A stretch of 64,000 nucleotides of DNA from an uncultured Bacteriovoracaceae bacterium (GCA_964012805.1 CAXGUD010000020.1:1-64000), one strand, 5' to 3'; positions 46,885 to 57,807 are shown, counted from the first letter of the stretch. The notes: generated by a model from the sequence alone, not told the origin. Made by a program: numbers and translations.

Positions 46885-48429
46885 TTATTGAGAATACTTA
46901 GCCAATTCAACAACTAATCTACCAACTGTGCCCTTCATAATATCAAGAACGGGGGTAGGCCAAATTCCAAATAAAATTACCATTATACAGAGAGGCGTCA
47001 TATATAGTATCTCTCTTGCATTGACATCTGAGTAACCTTTGCAATCTTCTTGAACTTCTCCAAAAAACATTCTTTGAAACATCCATAGAAGGTAAGCAGC
47101 TCCTATAAGTAGGCCAATAACAGCAAGTACGGTGTAGGTTGTATACTTACTATAGATGCCTAGGAAAACTAGTGCTTCAGAGATAAAGCCTGCTAGCCCT
47201 GGTAAACCTAAAGAAGCAAACATTCCGATAATAAAAATGATACTGAACTTTGGTAATTGGGTATAAAGACCACCATATCCTTTGCTTCCATCTGGCTTAA
47301 CGATCCACCTGTGGTGAGATCTTTCGTAAAGGATACCAACAAGGAGGAACATCATAGCCGTTGACATACCATGGTTCCACATCTGTAAAACACCACCATT
47401 CATCCCTTCTGTTGTCATTGCTGCTAATCCCATCATAACAAAACCCATGTGAGAGACCGATGAGTAAGCAATAAGTTTTTTCACATCATCTTGTGCCATG
47501 GCGCACAAGGCTCCATAAATGATATTAATTAAGCCAAGTAGAGCGATGAAGTCTGCGTATTTTACGGCTGCTGCTGGGAAAATAGGAAAGGAAATCCTTA
47601 AAAATCCATAAGTCCCCATTTTAAGTAGCACACCAGCTAGAATAACAGAAACTGCCGTAGGAGCTTGAACGTGAGCCCAAGGTAGCCATGTATGAAATGG
47701 AAAAATAGGAACTTTGATCGCAAAACCAATAAACATAAACCAGAAAAAAATTGTATTAAACGCTACGGATGACCCAAAAATATCTATCTGGATATCTGTA
47801 AACTTTCCTCCAGCTAGAGCCATAACATTGAACACTTCTTTACCAAGCTGTTCTCCACCTGTGTAGTACAATGCTACCATCCCTACAAGCATTAAGATCG
47901 AACCAAAAAATGTATAAAGGAAGAACTTAACCGCAGCATATTCTCTTTTTTCTCCTCCCCATAAACCAATAAGGAAAAACATCGGAAGCAGCATAATTTC
48001 CCAAAAGACGTAAAACAGGAAAAAGTCTAAAGCTAAAAAAACACCTAGGACACTCGCCTCAAGCATAAGAAATAAAGCAAAGTAGCTTTTAACATTCTTT
48101 TCAATTGTCCAGGAGCTAAGGACACAAAGGAGGAATAAAAGTCCCGTTAGGATAACCATAGGAAGTGAAAAACCATCTATCCCTAGTCGCCAATAGATAT
48201 TAAATTGTTCTATCCACGGTACAACAACATTTAAATTACTTTGAAGCCCGTGCTTATCAATAGCGTTGGGATCAAACTCATTGTACAACAACAAGGTCAA
48301 GACAAAAGTGATTATAGTATTGATCAATGTCCAATATCTAATCGTTTGCTTTTGTTCCCTAGGGATAAAAAATATTCCAATCATTCCGATAATCGGCAAG
48401 AGGACAACCCAATTTAATAAACCTTGCAC
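46885..48429 (-). CDS. nuoM: NADH-quinone oxidoreductase subunit M
   Basis: FYVFWE, IKVPIFPFHTWLP, LLKMGTYG, KKLIAYSSVSH and FISE motifs. Confidence 0.96.
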   Translation of the reverse strand: MQGLLNWVVLLPIIGMIGIFFIPREQKQTIRYWTLINTIITFVLTLLLYNEFDPNAIDKHGLQSNLNVVVPWIEQFNIYWRLGIDGFSLPMVILTGLLFLLCVLSSWTIEKNVKSYFALFLMLEASVLGVFLALDFFLFYVFWEIMLLPMFFLIGLWGGEKREYAAVKFFLYTFFGSILMLVGMVALYYTGGEQLGKEVFNVMALAGGKFTDIQIDIFGSSVAFNTIFFWFMFIGFAIKVPIFPFHTWLPWAHVQAPTAVSVILAGVLLKMGTYGFLRISFPIFPAAAVKYADFIALLGLINIIYGALCAMAQDDVKKLIAYSSVSHMGFVMMGLAAMTTEGMNGGVLQMWNHGMSTAMMFLLVGILYERSHHRWIVKPDGSKGYGGLYTQLPKFSIIFIIGMFASLGLPGLAGFISEALVFLGIYSKYTTYTVLAVIGLLIGAAYLLWMFQRMFFGEVQEDCKGYSDVNAREILYMTPLCIMVILFGIWPTPVLDIMKGTVGRLVVELAKYSQ

Positions 48430-48466
48430 CGATGGCTCCTTGTAATTTCTCTTTTTTTAACCAACT

Positions 48467-50653
48467 TTATATAGAAAAAATATAACTCACTAAAACTACT
48501 AATATCATAATAAAATAAAACTGCACCTTACCGGACTGAAGCGTTCTAAGTACAACGTTAAAAAGCTTGACCACTGCGGGTCCACCACCCACGCCAGCTT
48601 TATCAATAACTTCATCATCAAACTTGCCAGAAAGGCGGTAAGCCAACTCATTAACTTTCTTCCAACCATCAATCGCATATCTATCAAAAAATCCAATATC
48701 AAACCTTGAAAGAAGGTTGTTAAGTCGTAAAAGACCTTTTTGAATGATTCCCTTTATATAAAAGTCATCAAAGTAATATTTGTTTTGAAGTGCCTTATAC
48801 CAACCTGACAACTTATTAACCCACCAAGAGGGGTTTAGTTTCCCAGAAATGTACATGAGATAGGCTAAACCAACACCAGAAAAAGCAATAATAATTGAAA
48901 GGATAGCTCCTATATGATGCACGTGATGAACGTGATGGGCTTCTTCTTTACTTAAACCATGATCTGGATCATAAGTACTTTTTGTTAGAGGAGATTTGTC
49001 TCTATTATCAACAGAAGACCAATCCTGCCTTTTGTAGTCTTTAAATTTATTTAACTTTGATAACTCTGGCTTCTCAATCAATACCTGGAACCACTCTTTT
49101 TTAATGATAGGAAACTTAACTAGTTTTTGGCCGGTAAAAGAGCCACTGTACCAGAAGCCTAATGTGAATAGCGTTAAAATAAGAAGTGGCACATTTCTAT
49201 TCCAGCTTAATTTTTCAACATGTGTATGATCATACAACTCTTGATCTTTTGGGTTTCCAAAAAAGGTCATAAACATCATTCTAAACATATAAAATGCCGT
49301 CAAAAATGCCGCTACGAATCCCAGGATTGCTGGTCCCCAAAGAGCTCCCCCATCATCCAATGCTCTCAACAACGCATCACCTAGAATTCTGTCTTTGGAA
49401 ACAAACCCGGAAAAAAAAGGGATGCCTGAAATTGCAAGAGTACAGCACATCATAGCCAAAAAGGTGAATGGCATTTTTTTTCTAAGACCACCCATTCTCG
49501 GCATTTCCTGAACATGAGCATGGGTATGATGATCATGTAAAGAATGGATAACAGAACCTGCGGAAAGAAAAAGGCACGCTTTAAAAACAGCGTGGGTTAT
49601 AAGGTGCATAAAAGCAGCATTATATGCACCTACCCCGATACCTAAAACCATGTATCCCAATTGAGATATGGTTGAATAAGCTAGAACTGCTTTTAAGTCC
49701 GTTTGAACTAAAGCGATTGTAGCAGCACCAAAAGCAGTTATTGCACCTATATAAGCGACAAAGGTTGTTAAGTTTCCAGCCTCAAGAAGAGGATAGATCC
49801 TTAGTGATAAGAAAACACCTGCTGCAACCATAGTTGCAGCATGAATAAGAGCGGAACATGGAGTTGGACCCATCATCGCATCTGGCAACCAAACCTGGAG
49901 AGGAAATTGAGCAGACTTGCCAATCGTCCCCATAAAAATAGCTAAAGCAGCACAAGTTACAAGCGGAAACCCCCAGAGAGTTAGGTTATCAAAACCGCCC
50001 ATTGATGCAACTTTATAAATATCAACTAGGGCAACGCTTCCTTCACCAGTGGCTCTTGCCACTGTGTGCCAGACCATAACTATTCCGAGGAGAAAGAAAA
50101 CATCTCCTACCCTTGTAGTCATGAAAGCCTTTATTGAGGCTGCTCCTGCTTCTTCTTTTTCATAATAATGCCCGATTAATGAATAAGAGCAAAAACCCAT
50201 TATTTCCCAAAAGATAAAAACCCCGAGAAGGTTATCCGAAACAACCAAGCCCAACATCGCTGATGTAAAAAGGGACATATAAACAAAAAAGCGGCCAAAC
50301 CTTATGTCATCAGCCATATAATAAGTGGAGAAAATATGGATAAGGAAGGCACAACCCGATACCATCAGCAACATAACGGCAGTCATGTTGTCTATATAGA
50401 TTCCCATATTCAGTTTGAATGATGGCCCTAGATCGAACCAAGTAAAGACTTTGTGGATATAATAATCTGTCGCGTATTGGCCAAAAACAAAATCTTTAAA
50501 GATTGCTAAACTGTAAAGAAGAGAACCAAAAATCGCCAAGCAACTTATTGCAACTGCCGTCCTTGTAAACCTCTTAACAATAAATGCATTTATAGCAAAC
50601 GCAAAAAAGGGTAGGAGGACAATCGGTGCTACACTTCCAACTGTATAATCCAT
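48467..50653 (-). CDS. nuoL: NADH-quinone oxidoreductase subunit L
   Basis: FWEIMG, RVGD, GKSAQFPLQVWLPDAM, HAATMV, AYSTISQLG, HAVFKA and FVSKD motifs. Confidence 0.96.
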   Translation of the reverse strand: MDYTVGSVAPIVLLPFFAFAINAFIVKRFTRTAVAISCLAIFGSLLYSLAIFKDFVFGQYATDYYIHKVFTWFDLGPSFKLNMGIYIDNMTAVMLLMVSGCAFLIHIFSTYYMADDIRFGRFFVYMSLFTSAMLGLVVSDNLLGVFIFWEIMGFCSYSLIGHYYEKEEAGAASIKAFMTTRVGDVFFLLGIVMVWHTVARATGEGSVALVDIYKVASMGGFDNLTLWGFPLVTCAALAIFMGTIGKSAQFPLQVWLPDAMMGPTPCSALIHAATMVAAGVFLSLRIYPLLEAGNLTTFVAYIGAITAFGAATIALVQTDLKAVLAYSTISQLGYMVLGIGVGAYNAAFMHLITHAVFKACLFLSAGSVIHSLHDHHTHAHVQEMPRMGGLRKKMPFTFLAMMCCTLAISGIPFFSGFVSKDRILGDALLRALDDGGALWGPAILGFVAAFLTAFYMFRMMFMTFFGNPKDQELYDHTHVEKLSWNRNVPLLILTLFTLGFWYSGSFTGQKLVKFPIIKKEWFQVLIEKPELSKLNKFKDYKRQDWSSVDNRDKSPLTKSTYDPDHGLSKEEAHHVHHVHHIGAILSIIIAFSGVGLAYLMYISGKLNPSWWVNKLSGWYKALQNKYYFDDFYIKGIIQKGLLRLNNLLSRFDIGFFDRYAIDGWKKVNELAYRLSGKFDDEVIDKAGVGGGPAVVKLFNVVLRTLQSGKVQFYFIMILVVLVSYIFSI

Positions 50654-50677
50654 AAACGAAAACCTTTTTAATTCTTC

Positions 50678-50983
50678 TTACTGTTGTAATTGAGTTGCAT
50701 CATCTATATGTATGCTTTCCCTTATCTGATAAAATCTTATAACAATGGCCAAACCTACCGCTGCCTCAGCCGCAGCAACAATAATTATAAAAAGAGGAAA
50801 AATGTGACCATCTAAGTTTTGATTCACAAATTTTGTGTATGCAACAAAATTCAGCGCTGACGCGTTAAGAATTAGTTCAATACCCAAAAGAATGGCTACA
50901 ATATTTTTCCTAGCAATCATAACGACAATTCCAGCAAGAAAAAGAATTGTCGAAATTACCAAATAAGATGAAAGTGTTATCAT
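50678..50983 (-). CDS. nuoK: NADH-quinone oxidoreductase subunit K
   Basis: GIELILNA and AAAEAAVGLA motifs. Confidence 0.95.
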   Translation of the reverse strand: MITLSSYLVISTILFLAGIVVMIARKNIVAILLGIELILNASALNFVAYTKFVNQNLDGHIFPLFIIIVAAAEAAVGLAIVIRFYQIRESIHIDDATQLQQ

Positions 50984-50998
50984 AATTTTATATCCTGC

Positions 50999-51532
50999 TT
51001 AGTTTCTTTTTGGCCGTGCTATGACTGCCGCTCCAACCAAAGCTCCCAATAATAAAACTGAACTGATTTCAAACGCAAGTACATGGTCACTTACTAAAAG
51101 CATCCCTATCTTTTCTACTGTTTTATCAAAAGCCATTGTGGAATTTACCGGTTCAGCTTCAAAAATTTTAGGCAATAACCTATAGATGACGATATAGGAA
51201 GCCAATATTGCACTTATCCCACCAGCAACATATGTCCCAACACTTCCCATCATAGGAGTCTTTTCGATACCAAAACGATTCGACTTTTGCGAATCCGCAC
51301 CACCAGTTAACATAACTGCAAAAACCATTAGGATTACTACACCACCTACATAAACTACTAACTGTGTTGCTGCTACAAAGTCAGCTCCTAGAGTCAGATA
51401 CAACCCCGCAACACCAATTAAACTCATGAGCAGATAAACACATGCGTGCATAATATTTTTGGTTACAACCACACCCACTGCTCCAAGAACTGAGAAAAGA
51501 GCAGATACTAAAAATAAGATATTTCCAAACAC
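50999..51532 (-). CDS. nuoJ: NADH-quinone oxidoreductase subunit J
   Basis: QLVVYVGGVVIL and FEISSVLLL motifs. Confidence 0.94.
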   Translation of the reverse strand: MFGNILFLVSALFSVLGAVGVVVTKNIMHACVYLLMSLIGVAGLYLTLGADFVAATQLVVYVGGVVILMVFAVMLTGGADSQKSNRFGIEKTPMMGSVGTYVAGGISAILASYIVIYRLLPKIFEAEPVNSTMAFDKTVEKIGMLLVSDHVLAFEISSVLLLGALVGAAVIARPKRN

Positions 51533-51553
51533 TTATTTCCCCTTTAATTCTCT

Positions 51554-52711
51554 TTAATGCCCACCGCCAGTGGCTGCTGCACCACTCTTAAAAAGAAGCT
51601 CAAACAATGACTTCCCTTCGAAACCATATAACCAAAAGCCCGTACCAATTAAGTTAAATATTGCAATTGGAGTTAAATATTTCCAACACAGAGTCATTAA
51701 GTGGTCAACTCTCAACCTTGGAAGCGTCCAACGAAACCAAATGACAACGTAGTAAAGGACGAGGGTCTTACTGAAGAAGGCTCCTAATTGAAGAAACTGT
51801 CCTAAAATCCCGTCACCACCTAAACCAAAAGGAACGTTATATCCACCAAGAAATAGTGCTACGGCAACACCAGCCACAACAAAAACTTCTATATATTCAG
51901 CTAATGCAAAAAAAGCAAATCTCATACCGGAATATTCAGTGTGGTAACCAGATACGAGTTCCGATTCAGCCTCTGGAAGGTCAAAGGGAGCTCTGTTTGT
52001 TTCAGCTAAACCCCCTACGAAAAAAACGAAAAATCCTATAAAAGTAAAAGGGTTGTGAAAAATAAACCATCCCTGTGGAAAACCGGTTTGAGCTTCAATA
52101 AGAGTTGTAAACGAAAGGCCTCCAGCCAGAAGGACGCAGCTTAGTGCTGAAATAACTACAGGTATTTCATAAGAAATAATTTGAGCTGCTGCCCTCATTC
52201 CTCCTAACATAGCCCACTTAGAGTTTGACGCATAACCACCAAGAAAAATACCTAAGCCTACTAAAGAGGATATACCAATCAAAAAGAAGAGGCCTATATC
52301 TAAATCTGATAAGATAAATCCACTAGAGTAGGGCACGACTGTTAAGGAACCAAGGACTCCTACCAAGCATAAGATCGGAGCCAAAGTAAACAGGAATGTA
52401 TCAGCACTCTTGGGAATTATTCCCTCTTTCATTATGAATTTTACACCATCGGCTAAAAATTGTATCAGTCCGTATGGACCAACTCGGTTTGGCCCCATCC
52501 TCATTTGGAGGTCAGCTGAGATTTTTCTCTCAGCGTAGGTACCTAAGCCACCGACTAACGCCATGACATTCACGACAATAAACGAAGCAAGAAAAAAGAA
52601 CAAAAACACCATAAGTGGTTCTGCATTAAAACCAAAAGTCTCTGTCAATGCCTTGACTAAGCTTTTATACCATTCAAATTTTGCAAAATATGTGACTATA
52701 GTTTCGTTCAT
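51554..52711 (-). CDS. nuoH: NADH-quinone oxidoreductase subunit H
   Basis: ERK, RMGPNRVG, ADGVK, AQIISYE and ETNRAPFDLPEAESELVSGYHTEYS motifs. Confidence 0.97.
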   Translation of the reverse strand: MNETIVTYFAKFEWYKSLVKALTETFGFNAEPLMVFLFFFLASFIVVNVMALVGGLGTYAERKISADLQMRMGPNRVGPYGLIQFLADGVKFIMKEGIIPKSADTFLFTLAPILCLVGVLGSLTVVPYSSGFILSDLDIGLFFLIGISSLVGLGIFLGGYASNSKWAMLGGMRAAAQIISYEIPVVISALSCVLLAGGLSFTTLIEAQTGFPQGWFIFHNPFTFIGFFVFFVGGLAETNRAPFDLPEAESELVSGYHTEYSGMRFAFFALAEYIEVFVVAGVAVALFLGGYNVPFGLGGDGILGQFLQLGAFFSKTLVLYYVVIWFRWTLPRLRVDHLMTLCWKYLTPIAIFNLIGTGFWLYGFEGKSLFELLFKSGAAATGGGH

Positions 52712-52735
52712 CTCTTTCCCTTAAGCTTTTCTTAC

Positions 52736-53155
52736 TCAACTTTCCTTTTCTTTATCTGGAGTCTGAAAACTTCTTACCCAATCTAAATCACCTTTTCTCC
52801 AACAATAGGCAACACCAGCAATGAGGACAAAGAGGAAGATGACAATTTCAACTAAAACCAAGCCTCCCCGGCCAATTTCGTTCATTTTTTTAAAGACTGA
52901 AACGACAGGGAACATTAAAGCTGATTCGACGTCAAATATAATAAAAATAAGACCTATAACATAGAATCTCATGTTGAAGAGCGCCCAAGCATTACCTACG
53001 GGGTCCTCACCACACTCATAAGCCTGCCTTTTTAACTCTGTTGGCTTTTGTGGGCTAATTATTTTAGAGACAATCAGAGCCCCTACAACGAGCAGCGCAC
53101 CAAATGCCATAAGGATCAAAATGGGCCAATAGACGTCTAGTTTTTCTAACGCCAT
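52736..53155 (-). CDS. nuoA: NADH-quinone oxidoreductase subunit A
   Basis: YECGEDP, RFY, FDVE and KGDLDW motifs; GGAG SD upstream of the ATG at 53155. Confidence 0.95.
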   Translation of the reverse strand: MALEKLDVYWPILILMAFGALLVVGALIVSKIISPQKPTELKRQAYECGEDPVGNAWALFNMRFYVIGLIFIIFDVESALMFPVVSVFKKMNEIGRGGLVLVEIVIFLFVLIAGVAYCWRKGDLDWVRSFQTPDKEKES

Positions 53156-53201
53156 ATTTAAAATCTCCAAGATCTAGATTTAATCGATACTACCAAAGCG
53201 A

Positions 53202-53210
53202 ATGATACCA
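53202..53210 (-). promoter_or_regulatory. Possible extended -10 promoter for the nuo operon
   Basis: TGgTATCAT on the minus strand about 47 nt upstream of the nuoA ATG; poor -35. Confidence 0.35.
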
Positions 53211-53375
53211 CGTTGGAACCATAAAGAGTATTTTTTTACGAGAAGAAAATTAAAAAAAAATCATAAAAGTTTATATTTGCTGTGCAAAATTATTAATACC
53301 CATTGCCAAAAAATTCAAATTTGTACTAATAAGAAGAATCTTTAAACCGCCAATAATGCCTCTTTTCTGGAAAAA

Positions 53376-56300
53376 ATGATGCAGTTTTTTAATTCTCTTT
53401 TACAAAAGTTCAATGAATGGGATCAAAAGTCTTTCGACAAAGAACTTAGCATTACTGGACCTTCACCGAGTCAATGGTGTTTCCTTTTTAAAAACCTTTT
53501 AACTCAAAAATATAGCCTTCTTTCTAAGAAAAACCACTTGGTTATCCTGCCTAGCGCGGATTCTGCTGAGGCTTTTTATGAAAACTGCAAAAAATTTAGC
53601 CCAGATTATTATATAGATTACTTCCCTGGATTAGAAACCAACCCGTATACAAAGATATTGTCATCTGAAAAGGATCTCTATAAAAGATTTTCTCTTTTAG
53701 ATCATTCCTTAGTTTCAGAAAAAAAAACCATCCTCGTTTGCACACTAGAAGCTTTCTTCCTAAAAGTTCCTCCTCCAAGTTTTTTCAACGAACTAAGAAC
53801 TGAACTTAAATGCTCAGATATTATTTCTCCTTATGATCTATCAACTAAATTAGTATCACTGGGCTATCAACCAGCAACCTCAACTGAAGAACCAGGTACT
53901 TTTTGTCAAAAAGGTGAGATCTTCGACATATTCCCCATCTCTGATTACGCCATAAGGATTCAGTACTACGATGACATGATCGAAGAAATTCACCACATTG
54001 ATATTCAAACTCAAAAAACCATACGAAAAAGCTCAATTGAAAAAATCTTTATTGGCCCAACTCCTCAAGCACTCCTTCAAAAAGGTTTTCATTCAAAATT
54101 GAGAGAAAATATTCCAATGCCAGATGCTTCTCAAAGGGAAAAGTTTGAAACAAGAAAAAGAATCTTTTCACATTTATCTCAGAACCAACTTTTTGAAAAC
54201 TATCCTGTCTTTCTACCACTCTTTTTTAACGAAACTTCTACCATTTTAAATTACTTTAACAGAGAAGATACTGTAGTCACTTTTATTGAAAAGGAAAAAT
54301 CTTTCCAATCAATATTTGAATATAAAGAGGAGTTAAGAGAAAACTTTGAAGAAGTCTCTGAAGACCAAGAAAATGACATTGTTCTTTCTCACCCCAACAC
54401 CCTTTATAACTTTGAAGCCATTGACTCTTATCGTAAAATACCTTATTCAATTCAAACAAATGAGGTATCAATTTCAACAGACCTTGATTTTTCTCTACAA
54501 AATTCTATTTTATTTTCTTTCGAATCTTCAAAACAATTTATTACAAGAAATATAGGTCCCTATAAAGAAAGACGGGATTATATCTCTAAAGTTTTTAGTT
54601 TTCTAAATAACTTTTTGATTAAAGAGGGAAAAGTTATTTTTTGTTATAAGAATAATGAATCTCTAAAAGAATTCCAGTTTTTTATTAATGAAACTAACTT
54701 TGATCAAAATCAATCGTTAACTTACCTCAAAAGTAAAATAGATGAAGGTTTTTTTTACAAAGCAGAAAGGACACTTGTTTTAGCTGATGCTGATATTTTT
54801 GGTTCCAAAAAGAAAAAGATTAAAAATGTAAGTAAGAAAAGCATTGATCTGTTTGCTGAACAGATATCAACTTTAAAAACTGGTGATTATATAATTCACA
54901 GTAAACACGGAGTAGGGGAATACCTTGGCTTAGAGTCTATCAACATGGGTGGTAACGAAAGTGATTACCTCGTTATCAAATATGCTCAAAATGACAAAGT
55001 TTATGTTCCAGTTTACAAAATGAATTTAATTCAAAAGCATGCAGATAGTGCTTCACAAACAAAGGTTGCAAATCTAAGAAATAATAAGTTTATTCAACTC
55101 AAGTCAAGGGCAAAAAAAGCAGCGAAAGAACTTGCTTTTGATTTATTAGAACTGCAAGCTAAAAGAAAATTGACCAATGCATACTCGTTTTCAGAGCCCG
55201 ACCATCATTTTAAAGAGTTTGAATTAGCATTTCCTTTTGATGAAACCCCTGATCAACTTAATGCAATCGAAAATGTATTATCGGAAATGCAAAAAAAATC
55301 TCCAATGGATTATTTGGTATGTGGAGATGTAGGTTTCGGAAAAACAGAAGTAGCCATGCGTGCAAGCTTTAAAGCAGTATTAGATGGAAAACAAGTTGCT
55401 ATTTTGGTTCCAACTACCATTTTGGCTTTTCAACACTACAATTCCTTTTTACAAAGATTTAAGAAATTTCCTGTTAATATAGAGCTTTTATCCCGATTTA
55501 AAAGTCCAAAGGAAACTAAAGAAATCAAAGAAGCACTTAAGTGTGGTAAAGTTGACATATTAATTGGAACTCACAAACTTCTCTCAGATTCTGTAATCTA
55601 CAAAGACCTGGGTTTAGTTATAGTAGATGAAGAGCAAAGATTTGGAGTAGGTCACAAAGAAAAATTAAAATTATTAAAAACCTCAGTTGATTTTTTAACT
55701 TTAACTGCAACACCTATACCTAGAACTCTTCAATTAGCTTTTTTAGGGCTAAAAGATCTATCTCTTATTCAAACGGCTCCTCCCAAAAGGCAATCAATTA
55801 AGACCTACTTAGTTAAAGAAGACAAGAAGACCCTAAAAAAGGCGATTGAAAAGGAATTAAAGAGGGGTGGTCAAGTCTTTATTGTCCACAATAGAGTAAG
55901 TGATATAGAAATATATGCTTCAAAAATCAAGGAACTTGTTCCAGAATCCAACATAGTATTTGCTCACGGACAAATGAAAGAAAGTGAACTTGAAAAAAAG
56001 ATGAAAGAGTTTTATTTGGGTAAATTTGATATACTCATTTCGACTACAATTATAGAATCAGGTATCGATATACCTAACGCAAATACTATTATTATTGATC
56101 GAGCCGATACCTTCGGTTTGTCTCAACTACATCAATTAAGAGGGAGAATAGGGCGTTCTGATCGTAAAGCCTATGCCTACTTTATAATTCCTAATCAAAA
56201 AGTATTGTCTCCTATTGCGACAAGAAGACTTAAAGCTCTCCAAACCTACGCAGATATGGGTTCAGGTTTCTCTATCGCATCCTCAGACCTAGAAATTAGA

Positions 56301-56882
56301 GGAGCCGGTGATATCTTAGGCGGAAACCAATCAGGACATGTGGAAGCAGTTGGCTTAGAACTTTATATGGAACTCTTAAAAGAAGCAGTCAATGAACTTA
56401 GAGGTGAAAAAGTTTCACTTACAACTGACTTGGAGGTTACCACTCAATTCCCATCTTTTATCCCCAAATCATACATAAATGATGATGCAGAAAGATTAAA
56501 ACAATATAAAAGGCTATCTAATTGTAGTACTTTAGATAACTTGGAAACCAATAAGGACATTCTAATTGATGTTTATGGAAGTTTTCCTCAAGAAGTTCAA
56601 AATCTCTTTCTCATTCTAGAATGCAGGCTAATACTTCAAAACCTTGCCATGACATCTTTTAAAATAACTGCAAAAAACATCCTGATATCTTTCGATGAAA
56701 AAATAATAAACTCTAATGAAACTCTAAGAAACAACATCGTTAGTTTTTTCATGGAAAGACCAAAAGTCTACCAATTTAATCCGAATTATCAAGTAAACTG
56801 CTCCTTTAAAGATCAATTAAGTCAGGAAAATATTCGTGATTTTGCTCAAATTCTTTCTAATAAAATTCTGCCTACAAGCTAG
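53376..56882 (+). CDS. mfd: Transcription-repair coupling factor
   Basis: RID domain (HGVGEY), CGDVGFGKTEVA, DEEQRFG, TATPIPRT, QLRGRIGR and DLEIRGAG motifs. Confidence 0.96.
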   Translation: MMQFFNSLLQKFNEWDQKSFDKELSITGPSPSQWCFLFKNLLTQKYSLLSKKNHLVILPSADSAEAFYENCKKFSPDYYIDYFPGLETNPYTKILSSEKDLYKRFSLLDHSLVSEKKTILVCTLEAFFLKVPPPSFFNELRTELKCSDIISPYDLSTKLVSLGYQPATSTEEPGTFCQKGEIFDIFPISDYAIRIQYYDDMIEEIHHIDIQTQKTIRKSSIEKIFIGPTPQALLQKGFHSKLRENIPMPDASQREKFETRKRIFSHLSQNQLFENYPVFLPLFFNETSTILNYFNREDTVVTFIEKEKSFQSIFEYKEELRENFEEVSEDQENDIVLSHPNTLYNFEAIDSYRKIPYSIQTNEVSISTDLDFSLQNSILFSFESSKQFITRNIGPYKERRDYISKVFSFLNNFLIKEGKVIFCYKNNESLKEFQFFINETNFDQNQSLTYLKSKIDEGFFYKAERTLVLADADIFGSKKKKIKNVSKKSIDLFAEQISTLKTGDYIIHSKHGVGEYLGLESINMGGNESDYLVIKYAQNDKVYVPVYKMNLIQKHADSASQTKVANLRNNKFIQLKSRAKKAAKELAFDLLELQAKRKLTNAYSFSEPDHHFKEFELAFPFDETPDQLNAIENVLSEMQKKSPMDYLVCGDVGFGKTEVAMRASFKAVLDGKQVAILVPTTILAFQHYNSFLQRFKKFPVNIELLSRFKSPKETKEIKEALKCGKVDILIGTHKLLSDSVIYKDLGLVIVDEEQRFGVGHKEKLKLLKTSVDFLTLTATPIPRTLQLAFLGLKDLSLIQTAPPKRQSIKTYLVKEDKKTLKKAIEKELKRGGQVFIVHNRVSDIEIYASKIKELVPESNIVFAHGQMKESELEKKMKEFYLGKFDILISTTIIESGIDIPNANTIIIDRADTFGLSQLHQLRGRIGRSDRKAYAYFIIPNQKVLSPIATRRLKALQTYADMGSGFSIASSDLEIRGAGDILGGNQSGHVEAVGLELYMELLKEAVNELRGEKVSLTTDLEVTTQFPSFIPKSYINDDAERLKQYKRLSNCSTLDNLETNKDILIDVYGSFPQEVQNLFLILECRLILQNLAMTSFKITAKNILISFDEKIINSNETLRNNIVSFFMERPKVYQFNPNYQVNCSFKDQLSQENIRDFAQILSNKILPTS

Positions 56883-56960
56883 TTTTTTAACTTCTTTTTA
56901 AAGTTATAATCACCACTCTCGAAATGCTTATTATACATAAGCGGAGAATAAGGAAATATC

Positions 56961-57800
56961 ATGGCCATTATTAAAAATTATCTTTTTTTTCATTTGTTAG
57001 TTTTTTTAAGCTCCACCTATTGTTTCGGACAAGAAAAAAGTATTGATGCCAATAAAACGATCGCTGTCGTTAATGGTACTAATATTACCCATGCTGAACT
57101 AGAAAGTGCATATATCCAGAGATTAAGAGTTGTAACAACTCAAGAAGTATCTCGAAAAAAGGTTTTAAATGATTTAATAAATCGAAGATTGGGAATTGAA
57201 AAAGCTAAGAAAAATCAAATTGAAAAAAACCCAGTGATTAAAGGGAAAATTGAAGATATTCTCTTTCATGCTCAAATATCCAAAGACCTAGAAAAAAGCC
57301 TTAAAAAAATCCAAGTTAAAGAAGATGACATCAAAAAGTATTATAAAGAAAACCCTGAATACAGAACTGCCCATATACTTCTTAGAGTAAGGGTAAAAAA
57401 AACCAAGGTAGAAGCAAAAGCGGCTTTAGCTCAATCTCTTAAAGTTTTTAAGGAAGTAAAAAAAGATCCAAATAAATTTTCTGAATTGGCCAATAAGTAC
57501 TCCCAAAGTATTTCTTCTGAAACTGGAGGCGACATGGGTTTTCAACCTGCATCGCAACTAGCCCCAGAGTATTTTAAAGCTATCAAGGGTAAAAGTGTTG
57601 GCTACATTAGCCCTCCAGTGAGGACCCAATTTGGCTATCATATTATTAAAGTTCTAGCTGCAAAAAGTTATGAGAAAATTAATAAACCTTTATACAGTAA
57701 ATTGGTGTTTGACTCTAAGCGAGACATCGTTATCCAAAAATATTTTGAAAAAATGAGAAATAATGCTTCTATTGAGATTAAAACAAAAAAACTTCAATAG
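56961..57800 (+). CDS. Parvulin-type peptidyl-prolyl isomerase (PrsA/SurA-like)
   Basis: Signal peptide; AHIL, FSELANKYS, GGDMG and PVRTQFGYHIIK motifs. Confidence 0.9.
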   Translation: MAIIKNYLFFHLLVFLSSTYCFGQEKSIDANKTIAVVNGTNITHAELESAYIQRLRVVTTQEVSRKKVLNDLINRRLGIEKAKKNQIEKNPVIKGKIEDILFHAQISKDLEKSLKKIQVKEDDIKKYYKENPEYRTAHILLRVRVKKTKVEAKAALAQSLKVFKEVKKDPNKFSELANKYSQSISSETGGDMGFQPASQLAPEYFKAIKGKSVGYISPPVRTQFGYHIIKVLAAKSYEKINKPLYSKLVFDSKRDIVIQKYFEKMRNNASIEIKTKKLQ

Positions 57801-57807
57801 ACACACC

